DNA of 64,000 nt from Octopus vulgaris (GCA_951406725.2 OX597822.1:82398001-82462000), one strand, 5' to 3'. Positions 24,219-38,147 are shown, counted from the stretch's first letter. The notes: generated from the letters alone by a model not told the origin. Translations and numbers: made by a program.

Positions 24219-26324
24219 TATAGCCAACTCTGATCAAATTGACATATTATCAAAGGCACTCCATCCTGACCATCCCATCTTTTTATTTATTTTTTAATTT
24301 TTTTCAAACTTTACCTAGAACATTATCCGATGTCTAGTAATCATCATCATCATCATTGGTTTAACATCCACTGTTCCGTGTTTACATGGGTCAGATGGAA
24401 TTTGTTGAGGTGGATTTTCTACAGCTGGCTGCTTTTCCTGTTGCCAACCCTTGTCTGTTTCCCAGCAAGGTAATATTTCCTCTGTGATCAGACATGTTTT
24501 CATGGAAGACTGGAAACAAAGTACATTGCTTCCATAACAATGACACTCACTTCTGACTATCATGCAATTTCAAGGCAAGGAGACAGTAACACACACACAC
24601 ATGCACACCAACGAACATGCGCACACACACACCAACTGCTAAGTTACAGGGACATAAACACACCAACACTGGTTTTCAAGAAGTGGTAGGGGACAAACAC
24701 AACTACACACACAATATAAAAAGGCTTCTTTGAGTTTCCGTCAACCTAATTCACTCACAAGGCTTTTGTCAGCACAAAGCTATAGTAATAGACACTTTCC
24801 AAAAGTGCCACACAGTGGGACTGAACCCTAAGCCATGTGGTTGGGAAGCAAGCTTCTTATCACACAGCCATGCCGGGACCTATATTCACCTTTTATCCTT
24901 ATGAAATTGATAAAAAGTATAAAAACCATTTTCAACTACAATAATCCCTCAACTATCACAGGTGGGATAGTGTCCTCTTTTCTAGCCCTAGGCTGGCCAA
25001 AGCCTTACAAGTGGATTTGGTAGATGAAAACTGAAAGAAGCCCATTGTATATGTGTGTGTGTGTGTGTGTTATAGGTGAAAATCCCTAACCCTAACCTAC
25101 AGTACCGCACTGTATAATTTTTCTTATCATTTTTATAATTTGTATATATTTATTTTATTATAAATACAAAACAACACCATGGAGGAATCAACGTAAGCTT
25201 AAATGATAAACCAGGATAGGTGAACCGTGATATGGCGAGCGTTTACTGTGCTGGGATGAATTTAATTAACTATACTCAATCTTTTATCATTTACTTGTTT
25301 CAGTCGTTGGACTGTGGCCATGCTGGGGTTGTACCTTGAAGGGTTTAATCAAACAAGCTAACCCCCAATAGTTATTTTTTATGTCTGGCACTTATTCTGT
25401 CATTCTCTTTTGCTGAACTACTAAGTGACAGGGATGTCAATATACCAACGCCAGTAGTCAAATGATAGGCGTGAGGACAAAAGAACACACACACACACAC
25501 ACACATACAATAGGATTCTACACAGTTTCTGTCTACAAAATTCTGCAAGTCATTGGTCAGCCAGTAGCATTTCTCCACTTATTAAAAGTAGGTGAGACAA
25601 AGCAAAAAAAAAAAAAATTCAAAACAACAACTTCTCTCTGCCACTAAATTTTGACTTCTGTCTGGGTTTTTCTCATGGGTCAAAGAATATCAAAAGTTTC
25701 AGAGAGAAGAGAAACCAAATATTCAGCTTGGATATAATTAAGTAAATTAGGAATAAAAAAAGATCATATGTCATTTGATTATGTACACTTATCAATTACT
25801 GATAATGGCCAAATAGATATGCACTCGTAAGCAGATATGTAGATATATGCACACACACACACACACACACACGCACAGACATTCATGCACGTGTGTGTGT
25901 GAGTGTGAGTGCATAGACATTAAAAAAATCTTTGTGGTTACTAATGTGATCTTATGAACAGCAAAACTAACATCCTCTTAATTTATTTTACTAATTAGTC
26001 AGAAGTGCTTAAGCTGTCCTGGTCCTCCTCACATGCTGCTAATACTGATACAGTTGATGATCATTTTGTGTTGGTAAACATCTGCACACAAGGGTCGGGA
26101 GTGAGGAGGGCATTCGAGAGGACAGTATTTGTGTGAAGGAACAAAACTATGTGTGACTGTTCGATTAAGAAATTCACTTTATATGCTTACAGTTCCAGAT
26201 CTCAGACTGTGGGACCTTTTCCAAGAGTCTCCTATCTTAGCTTTAAATTGGCAAAGGCTAAAATTTAGATGGAACCTGTGCAGAGGCAATTCCATATGCA
26301 TATAAGTGTGCATGTTTTCTGCCT

Positions 26325-26562
26325 TGGGCCCCAGGACTCATCAGGTCGGTTATTCGGTTTCCATGGAGTATAAGTGACTGGGATCACAGCAGTCCACCCG
26401 AATGGAACGCTGGTCAGTCACATTTACAGCCAAGTGGACTGGAACAACGTAAAATAAAATGTTTCGCTTAAGAACACAACGGACCGCCCGGTCCAGGAGT
26501 CGAAACTACGATCTTATGATCGTGAGTGCAGCTCCCTAACCAATGAGCCATACGCCTTCACT
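26325..26562 (-). mobile_element. SINE family C
   Basis: Reverse complement begins gtgaaggcgtatggctcattggttaggg; CORE-like segment; CpGs largely retained. Confidence 0.75.
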
Positions 26563-26579
26563 GCATATGTAGGCAAGCG

Positions 26580-27183
26580 AAAGTCAGCCAGATGTGGATA
26601 AATTGCATATATATGTATGCATAGCATTCATAATGTATACAGGCGAAAGATATAAACATCGTTACAAAAAAAAATTAAACGTTGCTTTAGAACAAAAATA
26701 CTTTTTGATGTTTGTTCTGCTTAAGGTGCAAAGATGGTTCATCGCATCACCATAAATAGGGTGAACCTGTGATTGCTCCATTGGGAAACTGTTACCAACG
26801 ATACTATTGTTCGCAAATTACGACATAAAATGCATTTTTTTTAAATAAGAAATAAGTGGTTTTAAGTGTTTTGTACGAAGTTTTTGATATATTCACTGTA
26901 GTTCTGGCTTTCGTCAACATGTGTGAAGTTTCGTTTTACGCGAACTAGTTTTATCCAATAATACAACAGACTGTGTGGGGGTGCATCCGTTTGTTTATGT
27001 CTCGATGTCTGCGGGTCGAATTCCACCTCGCTGTGGTTGTTTCATTGTTTATTTTCTCTCTGGCAAGTTATCAGCTTCACATTCTGTAACAAAAAGAATG
27101 GTTTATTACATTGTGGAAGCTATTAGCTTAAACAATAGATAGAAGCTCCATTTTTAGCTGATAGTTTCTCGTCAGGCCTTAAG

Positions 27184-27225
<42 letters not shown>

Positions 27226-29927
27226 CGTGTGTGTTTTCTCACATAACTACACACAAAACTATGAGAGCATACAAAACATCACAAAACCACCACTTTTCCA
27301 CCAGTCTAAGTAAGACAAATACGAACGCCAAAAATGGCAGACGACGGCGACAGATAAAGTAGTTATTGTTCCCAAGGCCAGTAGGAAATTAACCAGACTC
27401 GATGAGTAGGTTTCATAGATTTGCGGAGATTCTGGCGAGAATGGGAAAGAAAAAACGAGTGGAAAGCAGACTTAAAATAAATAATAGACCGCAAAGGGAA
27501 ATAAGTCAAAGCGAATTACAATTGTTTAGGTTAGAATAGAGTTATCTCGCTTGTAGTTGCTGAAAATTACATTTATAAGTGGGACACAAATTGTTAATGA
27601 ATTTTGTGTTTAATCCCTAATTGGCCCTAAGTAAGTAGATTTATGATTAAAACATTCTAGTCGAGACTATTTTAGTCGCTTTCTTATAAGCATAGCATAC
27701 TCCAAATTATCCAATGTATTCTGATATATACTGAAATTGTCTAAATAGTCGGTAAGCTGCGAGTTGGGGAAGATAAATTTGATTGCTATTTTTAGCAGGT
27801 CGAGTATTTTTCACTTGAATAGACTACTAGACTACTATCCCATTTGGTTGGGACAACTCATACATCTTAGTCTCCATGATGTCTTCATATTTTACAGGTT
27901 AAAGAAAATAACTTTTATCCATAGATTTCTGCTTGTATTTAAAAGGCCTCGACGAATAAATAACATTATTGAAAGGGATCGGGCCCGAACTCCTGACGCG
28001 AAAATGCGAAAAGAAAAAAAAATGGTAGGGGAAGACAAGAATAGTACAAAGCCAAGGAATCTGAGTGAGATTCGATGTGATCGATTTAATCGACTCTATA
28101 TATTATTGGTAGTTTTGGGGTTGTTTTTTTTTTTTTTTTCATCTTTCGATCTTTCGATAATACGGTATAAAATAAAAACTTAACTCCTGCAGGAAACGGG
28201 ATGTAACTAAATACCACAAAATGTTCTGCCTTTGGACCAAAGCCAATCTTAAGAGTTTCTGTATCCATCTCAGAATCTTTGTTCTTACCACCATCTAAAA
28301 TTTTAACTTGATATTTACCCGCTGTTATCTATAGATTTAAGTTCGACCATTAAAAACGAATTCTTTCGTGTTCTCTCCAAGTCTCTAAATCTTTATGGTG
28401 TAAACTACAATGCATTTTGTCTCGTACTTTTCAATTTCATCTCTTTAATAATGAGTTATAATTTAATTAAAAACCAATCATTTGTATTGCGGAGGTTGGT
28501 GTGAATGTTTTAGGTACAATTACCTCGATATTTCACGAATACGATTTGAGGATATTTGACTGCCATTTCTTGCAGATCGAAATACCCATTGAGACCTCAT
28601 TGTCACATATTATTAGTTTATAAGTGACATAGATAAATGGTAAAACGACAGAACTAACACCGACCACTGTTGTTCATTTGGGTCTGGATATATATATTCA
28701 GAATTTATGATTCAATTGAGAACTAGGCTGCGTGTTTGTTTGTTTTTTAACAACATATTTTTACTGGAAGAAAAGAAAGTAAAAATTATTAAAAGTATAA
28801 ACGGTCAAATTATCCAGAGAGGAGAAAAACATAAATACCTCACAAAGGAAGCAAAGAAAAAGAGAAAAATAGGGGTGGGTGGGGATTAAGCAGCAGAAGA
28901 TGGGGGTTGGAGAGAGTAGCGAGTTGTACACCCCAGAACAAAGGGTGTTTTTAGCTGTGCCTCTAGAACGGAATTGCAAAGGTGTTGCTGTGGAGAATGG
29001 CCAGCAACACCCATTGCAATATCCACTTCTTCCCGAAGGGCTCATGCTTCAGCCGGGCCGCAGTTGACTCGATTTTGCGGAAGAAATTGGTAGCGCTTAG
29101 ATTGTTGCGGCTAAAATAACAATTTACTTGTTTTAATATTCTTCTGAATGAGATACGACTGTAAATTCTTTTCAGAAGAAAGAGTATCGTTAATTACTCA
29201 GAGATTGGTTAAAAGCGTTGTTTCTCAGATGTGGAGGCGGGTTGCAACGTTTGCATCGAGGCAGACAAATTATTGTGCGACACCATAGCGAGGAAAGAAT
29301 ATGGATACAAACTCTATTCCTTCTCCTCGTAAATAAAGGGTGGTGGAGAAAAATGTTTCGTGAGATATAACTGGTACTTATCAGTTTAAAAACCAGTCAG
29401 GCATTCATTAGTAAGGAAAAAAAACAAGAAAAAAACAATGAAAATTCTAAAAGTCTATCGAGGGGAGATAACTCATATTTTGATAATCTTTTGTTATGTC
29501 CCTTGAAAACATTTCAAATCGTGCTAATACTTTGCCTGTTTATTGTATTTGTATTATTTTGCGTAATTTTGCGTAAATTGGAACAAGGTGGGGATTTTTA
29601 ATTTTTGCAAATCAACGACAGAATAAGAATTTATTGATTTAACTCAGCTCTTTGAACCTGCTTTTGCTTGCTAATACTAAGATTAGATTCATATTTTATA
29701 TGGGAAAAATAATATTATTTTGCATGTGTAAAATATAAATTGCTAAATTACAGTTACTTTGCGACTTACACTTATTTAGATTATAATTTTCTTTTCTTTC
29801 ATTAAAACTCTGACTTATATCTATACTGTAACGTCTTGATTCCAAGTTCGAATCTTAGTTACTCCAAGCTTTGTATGTAAAAATTGCTTTCACGAAATTG
29901 TGCAGAAGTCCATCGCGCGCGCGCAAG

Positions 29928-29963
<36 letters not shown>

Positions 29964-30000
29964 TGCTAACGCGCGCGCGTGCGTACGTGATTGTCCCTCA
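26580..30000. promoter_or_regulatory. putative unmethylated promoter-like block
   Basis: Repeat-poor, with visibly more CpG than the flanks (cgacggcgac, gggatcgggcccgaac, gacgcgaaaatgcg, ccgggccgc, cgcgcgcgc); judged by eye, not computed. Confidence 0.4.
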
Positions 30001-30447
30001 CACACCTCTCTACCGTCTGACAATCATTGTGGATTTGTTTACGTTCTGGTAACTTAGCAGTTCGATAATAGAGACTGATAGGATAAGTACCAGATATGGA
30101 AAAAATATTTACTGAGATGGATTTGTTCAACTAAAACCCTTCAAAGCTTTTCCTCAGCATGGCTATTGTCCAATGACTGACACAGGTAAAAGATAGTATT
30201 TCTTTATAACTATTAACTATGAACACTATTATGAAAGGAGTTGATTAAAATAATAATAAACCATTGAATACAATTATTTTAAAAGAAGGGTCAGTATTTG
30301 TTTCGATTTGATTGTAAAATGTTTGCTACATAGAACTGCAGCGAACAAGATTCCGATATTGACAAATGGATAAAGAAAATGACTATATTTTTTTAATTGC
30401 AAACTTTTATTACACGTATAACACATACATATATGATACATATTTAA

Positions 30448-30900
30448 TCATCATCATCGTCGTTTAACGTCTGCTTTCCATGTTGGCATGGGTTGGATGA
30501 TTTGACTGGTAACTGGAAAGGCAGAAGGCTGCACCAGGCTCCAATTTGATCTGGCAAAGTTTATACAACTGGATGCTCTTCCTAACACCAACCACTCCGA
30601 GAGTGTAGTGGGTGCTTTTTATGTGCCATTGGCACGAGGGCCAGTCAAGTGGTACTGGCATTGACCACACTTGAATGGTGCACTGTATGTGCCACCAGCA
30701 TGGAAGCCAGTCAGGCAGCACTGGCAGCGACCACGCTCAAATGGTGCTTTTTACGTGCCACCAGCACAGGACCAGTCACCTGGCACTGGCAATGACCACA
30801 CTCGAATGGTGCGTTTTACATACCACTGGCTCAGGACCAGTCAGGCAGCACTAGATGGTGCTTTTTACGTGTTACCAGCACAGGACCAGTCAGCTGGCAC
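30448..30900 (-). mobile_element. family E element with internal tandem units of about 60 bp
   Basis: catcatcatcgtcgtttaacgtctgctttccatg end, then repeated atggtgctttttacgtgccaccagcacaggaccagtca units. Confidence 0.8.
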
Positions 30901-31594
30901 AACAAAACCATATTAAAATGCAAATCCGAAACCAAAAAAAAAAACACAAACAAGAGAAAAGAAAAACAAAAAGAGAAGGAAAAGGTAAAAGAAAAAGAAA
31001 GAATGAAAGAGAAATTTCTGTAATTTCATTATTATTAATTTCTCCAAAAACATGAATTCAATTTTTTGAATTTTTGTCATCAGCAAGCTAAACATCAAAG
31101 GCACTTTTGGGGGTGGGGGAATATTCAAATGAAAATTTGAGTTTTTGGAAGAAATTTAACAATGTAATTGAAGACATACAAAAAGGTGGGGCTGTCATAA
31201 CTGGAACAATTCATTCAGTTGTTTGATAAGGGGCTAAACAACAAATAGCAACAAAGAGAATTAATACAATACTGTGATAACGCATGGGGTTTGCATATGA
31301 CATTTCTTTTAACTATATATCTCAAAAGAAAGGATGAGAGATTAGCAGAATAATGGATTAGCAGAATGAAGATTGAAGGTGGGTGGCCTATTGGTTAGGG
31401 TGTTGCAGTTGTGGTTGCAAGATTGTGGTTTTGGTTTCTAGTCATGGTGGTGCATTGTGTTCTTGAGCAAAACACTTCATTTTATATTACTCCAGTCCAT
31501 TCAGTCTATAAATGGGTGTCCCTGAGATAGAACAATGTCCCAATTAGGGGGAATGTTATTGTTGTTGCGATGGTGATGTTGCTGCTGCTGCTGG

Positions 31595-31628
<34 letters not shown>

Positions 31629-31704
31629 AATGATGATATTTGTCTAAAAATCCATGAATCCAATAAAACAGGCATGTTAATAGAGTGGGTATATTATAAT
31701 TAAT

Positions 31705-32027
31705 AAAATAAAATACTATTGTCTCATAATAATCAAATTGCTGATTGGTTTCATACCAGGGCTTGAGAACCGACTCCAGCAATCATCAGAAATGAACAAA
31801 AGAAATAGTTTGGCATAGACCCTTTGTCACGGGTGCCCTGAAAGTGTCACATCCAGTAAGACCCACAAACACCGTAAGACTCACAAACCATGGTTCAGGG
31901 GTTCAGTGACAAGGAGTCTATGCCATACTATTCCTTTCAGCCATTTCTGATGATTACTGGAATTCATTCTCAATCTCTGGTATGAAACCAACTGCTAATT
32001 TGGCTATGAGATAGTAATATTGTATTA
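31705..32027. mobile_element. fold-back element with two opposed hammerhead-like cores
   Basis: Arms about 31705-31842 / 31893-32027; CUGAUGA...GAAAC on plus (31947-31988) and on minus (31789-31748). Confidence 0.7.
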
Positions 32028-34013
32028 TATTAATGATGTGTGTGTGTGCGTGTGCATGTGTGTGTGTGTGTGTGTGTGAATAATAATGTTTCTCTTGCCT
32101 TGTATGATAATGAGACACAGCTTGTACCTGAACTATTAAACATGAAGACAAAATTGGCTCCAAACAATGGAGTGATCCAAGAATTATAGGTTCTCATTCT
32201 CTTTCTCTCGTTCCTGTGGACATAATTTTCTATAGAAATAGAAATTATAGCCAGGTCATTAATATAATTTTAAATATCATATTTGATGGCATATAAAATG
32301 CATTTTTTCCCAAAAAATTGTCTCCAAAGAGTCACCCCATGTCCTATAGGCCAAGTTGGGTCTATATTACATGCTTCAATGCACTAAAACCATTTTTTGT
32401 CTTGAAAGTGTATTTAAATTGGGTTATATGTCCCTGTGGCTTTTACGCCATCAAATACAGTAATTATAATACTTTAGCTCACTATCTAAGAATATTAGCA
32501 CCCACTTTACTGTTTGTTTTTCATGCAGCAAGTGTCCCCTGGTAAATCCCTCCCATTTCAATTATTTTCATATAACTACAAACAAATATTGAGTTTATGT
32601 GTAGGTAGAGAGAGTGAGGTGAGAGGGGGGTATAGGGGAAGAAGAAGAAGAAGAAGAAGAAGAAGAAGGTGGTGGTGGCAGTGGTGGTGGTGGTGGTGAT
32701 GATGGTGATGATGACAACGTGGAGGAGGATTTTATTGACAGTAAAAAGATATAAGGAAGTAGTTTAGTAAATAAAGTTTAATTCCTTGAATATTATTTTT
32801 GGCAAATATCCTGGTTTGTTTGTCTGCCTCCTGCTGCTGGGTATCTTATCGCTTCCCACCTCTTTCTACCACCTGCTGTTTAAATAGCTAATTGAAAACA
32901 TCCCTCTTAAAAGACAAATTTAGCAAACTGTAAATAAAAACGTCATTTAACAGATTGGTTTTGGTGTTGGGTTGCTGTGCCATAGATCAGCTCCGTTCAA
33001 GTAGACCCGTGATTAGAGACATTCCCAGCTATGGTCATTCCATCATTTTCTTTTTCACTTATTTCGTCATCAGATTTGGTGTATCTTAGACTACATTTTC
33101 TATTTTCAAAACAGTAATTTGTGATATGAGTGAGATTTGATTAATATTTTTAGTATTTAAAGCAAACACATTAAGGTTTCCTCCAACACATATCAACTGG
33201 AAGAGCTTTACAATTCTATGAACGTTTTTACGACTCTTATCACTGTTGTTTCAAAGCATCTTTCACTATATCTTATTCTATTCTTGTAATTTGCATGCTA
33301 ATTAAATACTCATCATTTCTACCGAGCACATTCCCATGAGCTTATTATAATGATGAGTTTTTACTCTGTCTTGAAGTTTTCATTCTAGAAAAGTAGGTCT
33401 GTTCTCTTCAGGGAAGAGGTTGATAAGGTACAAATACATGTTGAGCAACAGGAACTCTTAAAATCTGATTTTCATTTTTGAGTCCTCATCATCATCATCA
33501 TCATCACCATTTAACGTCTGTTTTCCATGCTGGTATGGGTTAGACAGTTTGACTGGAACTGGCAATCCGGAGGAAATACAGCAGGCTCCAGTGTGATTTG
33601 GCTTGGTTTCAATGGCTGGATGCCCTTCCTAACACTGACCACCCCACAGAGTGTACTGATTGTCTTTTATGTGCCACTGGCACATATGCCTTCTGCCTAT
33701 CACAGGCATGAGTGCTCTTTATGTGTCACCAGCACAGGTTCTTTTATGTGTCACTGGTGTCACTGGCACGGTTGCCTTTCATGTGGCACTGGCACAGACC
33801 ACATATTCTAGAGCTTCTCCTGGTTATCTTAATAATTGGCAGAGTCTGTGAGTCACGACCACAAGAATTCCGGTTGATCCTGTCAATGGAACAACCCACA
33901 CCTGAAACAAACATGCAAGTGGCTGAGCATTCCACAGACATGCCTACCCTTAACATAGTGCTCAGGGAGATTCTGACACGAAGTGGGGAGGCATTGTTGA
34001 AGGTCCCTCTGTT

Positions 34014-34075
<62 letters not shown>

Positions 34076-34473
34076 CAACAGGCTTCTTTCAGTTTCTGTC
34101 TACCAAATCCACTCACAAGACTTTGGTTAGCCTGAGGCTATAGTAGAAGACACCCAAGGTGCCACACAGTGGGACGGAACCCAGAACCATGTGGTTGGGA
34201 AGCAAGCTTCTTACCACTCCTGTGCCTATATATATATATATATAGTGAAGGCACATAACTCAGTGATTAGAGCACTGAGCTTACAATCGTGAGGTTGTGA
34301 GTTCAATTCCCAGACCGGGCTGCATGTTGTATTCTTGAGCAAGACACTTTATTTCCCATTGCTCCAGTTCACTCAGCTGTAGAAATGAGTCATGACGTCA
34401 CTGGTGAGGTGACTTTTCACCCGGACTTGTACCCCGGAAAGGAACCTCTTAGGTGCACCTATGGTCATTCATG

Positions 34474-34542
<69 letters not shown>

Positions 34543-34586
34543 TTAGAGAACGGAGTCAATTTTTTATAAATTAAATTAGAATAAAA

Positions 34587-34621
<35 letters not shown>

Positions 34622-35217
34622 AGCAGTCACATATATATATATATAATAATAATAATAATAATATTAGGGAGGAATCGAAACCTCTTTCTCACAGGGAAAA
34701 ATTAGATTTAGGATTAAATCAAATTTCACAGTATAAATATAAATTAAATTAGAGATAAAACCACTATTAGGCAAATCAAACAGTGAAAGCAGAATTGTTT
34801 CTGGATTTTCGGATCAAGCGGCATGCCACATCAAAAACTATCTTCCCAGTTACCTACCTTGACATTGCTGCACCTCTTATGTGTCCATATACCTGGTACA
34901 TCTTAATTTCTCTACCTTTCTACAGATAGAAAACATAAACCAAAAAACATAAAAATAAATATAATTAATATATATAATATAATATACAAAATATATAAAA
35001 TATAAAATTTAAAATTTAAATTATTTAAATTTAAAAACTTTAATTTATATTTATAAATTTTTATATTTTTATATCTTTTAAATTTTTAATTTTTAAATTT
35101 TTAAACTTTTAATTTTTTTAATTTTTTTTTTATAACTATCAAAAAGTATTAAAAAGTTTAATATAATATAATAAGTATATATATATAGTGCTTCAAAGGG
35201 TGGTAGTAGTAGTTGTT

Positions 35218-35278
<61 letters not shown>

Positions 35279-36422
35279 AAGTAGTAGTAGGTGGAGTGGG
35301 GTTGCTGGCAACAGGTGTGGTGAGTGGCATTGGTTGTTAATGATGTTTGGTGTAGTGTTTACCATTGGAATGTTGTTGAAGTTTGGGGTCCCATCAGTGA
35401 GGCGGAGGGGTACTTTGGAGACCAAGGGTGGAAAACAGAGATAAAATAGAGAGAGATTGTAACAGAAGTTGTGCTGACCTTGACATTAGTAATGGTGGAG
35501 GTGTTGGTGGTGGTGGTGGCAGTGGTGGCGGGAGTGGTGGTGGTGCTGCTGCTGCTGCTACTGGGGCAGATGGAAATTATTCAATGCTGGTAACCTTTAA
35601 AAAGAAAAGGTTAATATATCATATAAGCAGCATTGCATCATGTAACTTCACAATAAAAGTCTATTTAAAGAAATTTGACCCCATGGTTACAGAGTTGATT
35701 GTAATACAGGAACACATGTTGATGTAGGTATGTGCTGTGTATGCATGCGTGCATGTGTTTATACAAACATGTATGTATATGCATGTGTGTATACATGTGT
35801 TTATGGTTTTTTTTTGTATGTCTGTGTGTGTATTATGTATGTATATAATGTCAGTGTTTGTGTGGGAATGTGTGTGTGGGTTGGTGATGTGTATGTGTGT
35901 ATGTATGTATGTATGTATATTAAGATTTGACTTTGACATAGCAATACTAACAACCTGCTGTTAGAACTCAATACACCAATGGCTCACAATAAGGCATTAG
36001 ACAAGAATGGAGAATAATATCAAATTAAAGAATTTACTGAAGAGCAGGAGTTGTGTAATCATCTTAAGTGTTTTCCATGCTTTCATTGGTCTCAGATGAG
36101 ATTACAGTGGAGCAGAGTTCTATAACGAGGCACCTGATGCCAGTCCTCACCTGCTTCCAAGCATGATAATAATCCCTTAGTCTACAGAACAATAACAGGT
36201 TCAGTCACGGCTATGTGGAGAATTGAATGTAAACAACACCTGAATGAGTCTTTTGTTTACAAAGATCACGTGACATGTCTCCATACACCAAGAAGTGTGT
36301 ATCAAGACATCTCATGGACGTGCTTTCATTCTGGACTGTAAAGGTAAAGGACATAGCCAGACCATTGTTTACAGTCAGTGAACATGTATGAAGACAAGAA
36401 TATGAACGCATTCACATAAATA

Positions 36423-36463
<41 letters not shown>

Positions 36464-38093
36464 TACGTTCATTTCCATCTTTACATCGATTTTTTATACC
36501 TGGGTGGGAATGGTCAAGAAGGGCTTGAGATCAATAGAAAAGATAATGGCAATCAAGCAGTGGTGGACTGACCAGGTTGCCAACTTGCCCGATGGCAGTT
36601 GGGCCCCTGTGCCATTATAATCCATATATGGGGGCACATGTTAGTATCTAAGGGGCCCATCCCTTCAAGTCTGAGAATTTTTTATTCACTTCTGGAAGAA
36701 CACACATTAATTATTTCAGTTTGGCTGTGTTTGGAGACAGTTAAAAAGAATACTTTTAACAAAGAAAAAAAAATTAAATGGTAGCATTGTAGTTGCAAGT
36801 GGGCCCCCTTAGTCTCCTGGCAACCAATATTGTTAGACCCAGCCCACCACTGCAATCAAGTGTCAGGGTGGACCTTTAAGGTACAAATGAGTAAAACAGA
36901 GGGACTGGGTGTGAGGCAGGGGTAAGATACATAAATATACAAACCTCAGAGGCAATTCAGCCAGTGACTGATATAAGAATATTTGGAAATTCCCATTGTT
37001 ATTTACAAAAGTGATTGTATGTAAATGTGTACACATATGCAATCTCGGCCCCACCCCCAAGGCAGCTGAAATTTCATGTAGCGTACATCTCTTCAAGGTA
37101 CAAACCATAGACTTATATGACTTTCAGGCTCTCTATATCTTTGTTTTGTTTTTTGTGTGTAGATGTTGTTTTTTTGTTTGTTTGTTTTTTTCATATGTAT
37201 GTGAATTTTAATAAAACTCAGTTTCGACCATTTTGGTTGAAATTAGTTGGACACAACAGTTCTGAAGGAACCAGCATTACCAAACCAACTGAAGAACTTT
37301 GTTGGCATCTTGTTAAAGCAATTTATATTTATTGAATTCATGTGATTGCATTTATGTTCTTGAGAATTGGTAAACACACGCAAGGCTGGATACTGTACTG
37401 AGGTTATATAACACGTGAGTGTGTGTACATCTATGTATATATTTTCACATTTATTGGCAATAAAAGGGAAAATTACATATACATATATTCATTAAAAGTG
37501 TATATGCCAATACAATATGCACTACTCCTTATGTCTTTTTCTGTGTATGTGTGTATGTGTGTTTATAATCATAAAATCAGGTTGTAAAAGATGTGAATAC
37601 ACATATGTATTTTCCATATGATTTCCTTATGATTATGTCTATTTCATAAGTTTTCAATATCCTATTATTAATTTCACCATTCTAAATTAATGTATATATA
37701 TACATTTTACATCAATATGAATAGTTAGCATTATATAATAATTGTATATTACTTTCCTAGGGGTATATAATACAGAAAACAAACTACTCAGATCATATAT
37801 ACCAAAATATCATGGACGCATTCAAAATTTATATTATTTTTTCCTCATTGAAAGAATATTAAATTGTGTTTTTTTTTATCCCAATGCTAAGAAGCATTAC
37901 AAAAGAGTGTATAAAAATATTCATATGTGGTGTTGTGGTCTGAAATCATTGCCTGCCCAATTGATACTTTTTTAAATGAATGATACTTTTATTTTGCTTT
38001 TTTTCTTGTGATTTATTTTCTAACACATTTCTTTTCTTTCTCTCTCTTTTTTTTCACTTTTTTTTTATTTCTTATCTAAAAAAAAAATTAAAG

Positions 38094-38147
38094 GATGGAG
38101 TTGCAAGATTTATACGCATCTCTTCACCTAAAAGATTCCGCTCTCAG
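38094..38147 (+). CDS. candidate 54-nt internal exon of an unidentified host gene
   Basis: Very long polypyrimidine tract (then an A run) before aag|, donor CAG|gtaaca; length divisible by 3; open frames MELQDLYASLHLKDSAL and DGVARFIRISSPKRFRSQ. No homology recognised. Confidence 0.4.

Noticed and set aside
25084-25097. ccctaaccctaacc telomere-like repeat
   Set aside because: Only about two units; not an interstitial telomeric array.
26057-26101. SECIS-like ATGA...AAA...GA
   Set aside because: The ATGA-to-AA spacing (15 nt) is longer than the canonical 11-12 nt and there is no selenoprotein context.
27764-28183. 139-aa ORF in the CpG-retaining block
   Set aside because: TTG start, overlaps a degenerate interspersed repeat and T/A runs, and has no recognisable motif.
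30600-30900. Repeats of about 60 bp that could be mistaken for a CRISPR array (also 47040-47360)
   Set aside because: Whole units are similar with no unique spacers, there are no cas genes, and they are internal repeats of a eukaryotic retroelement family.
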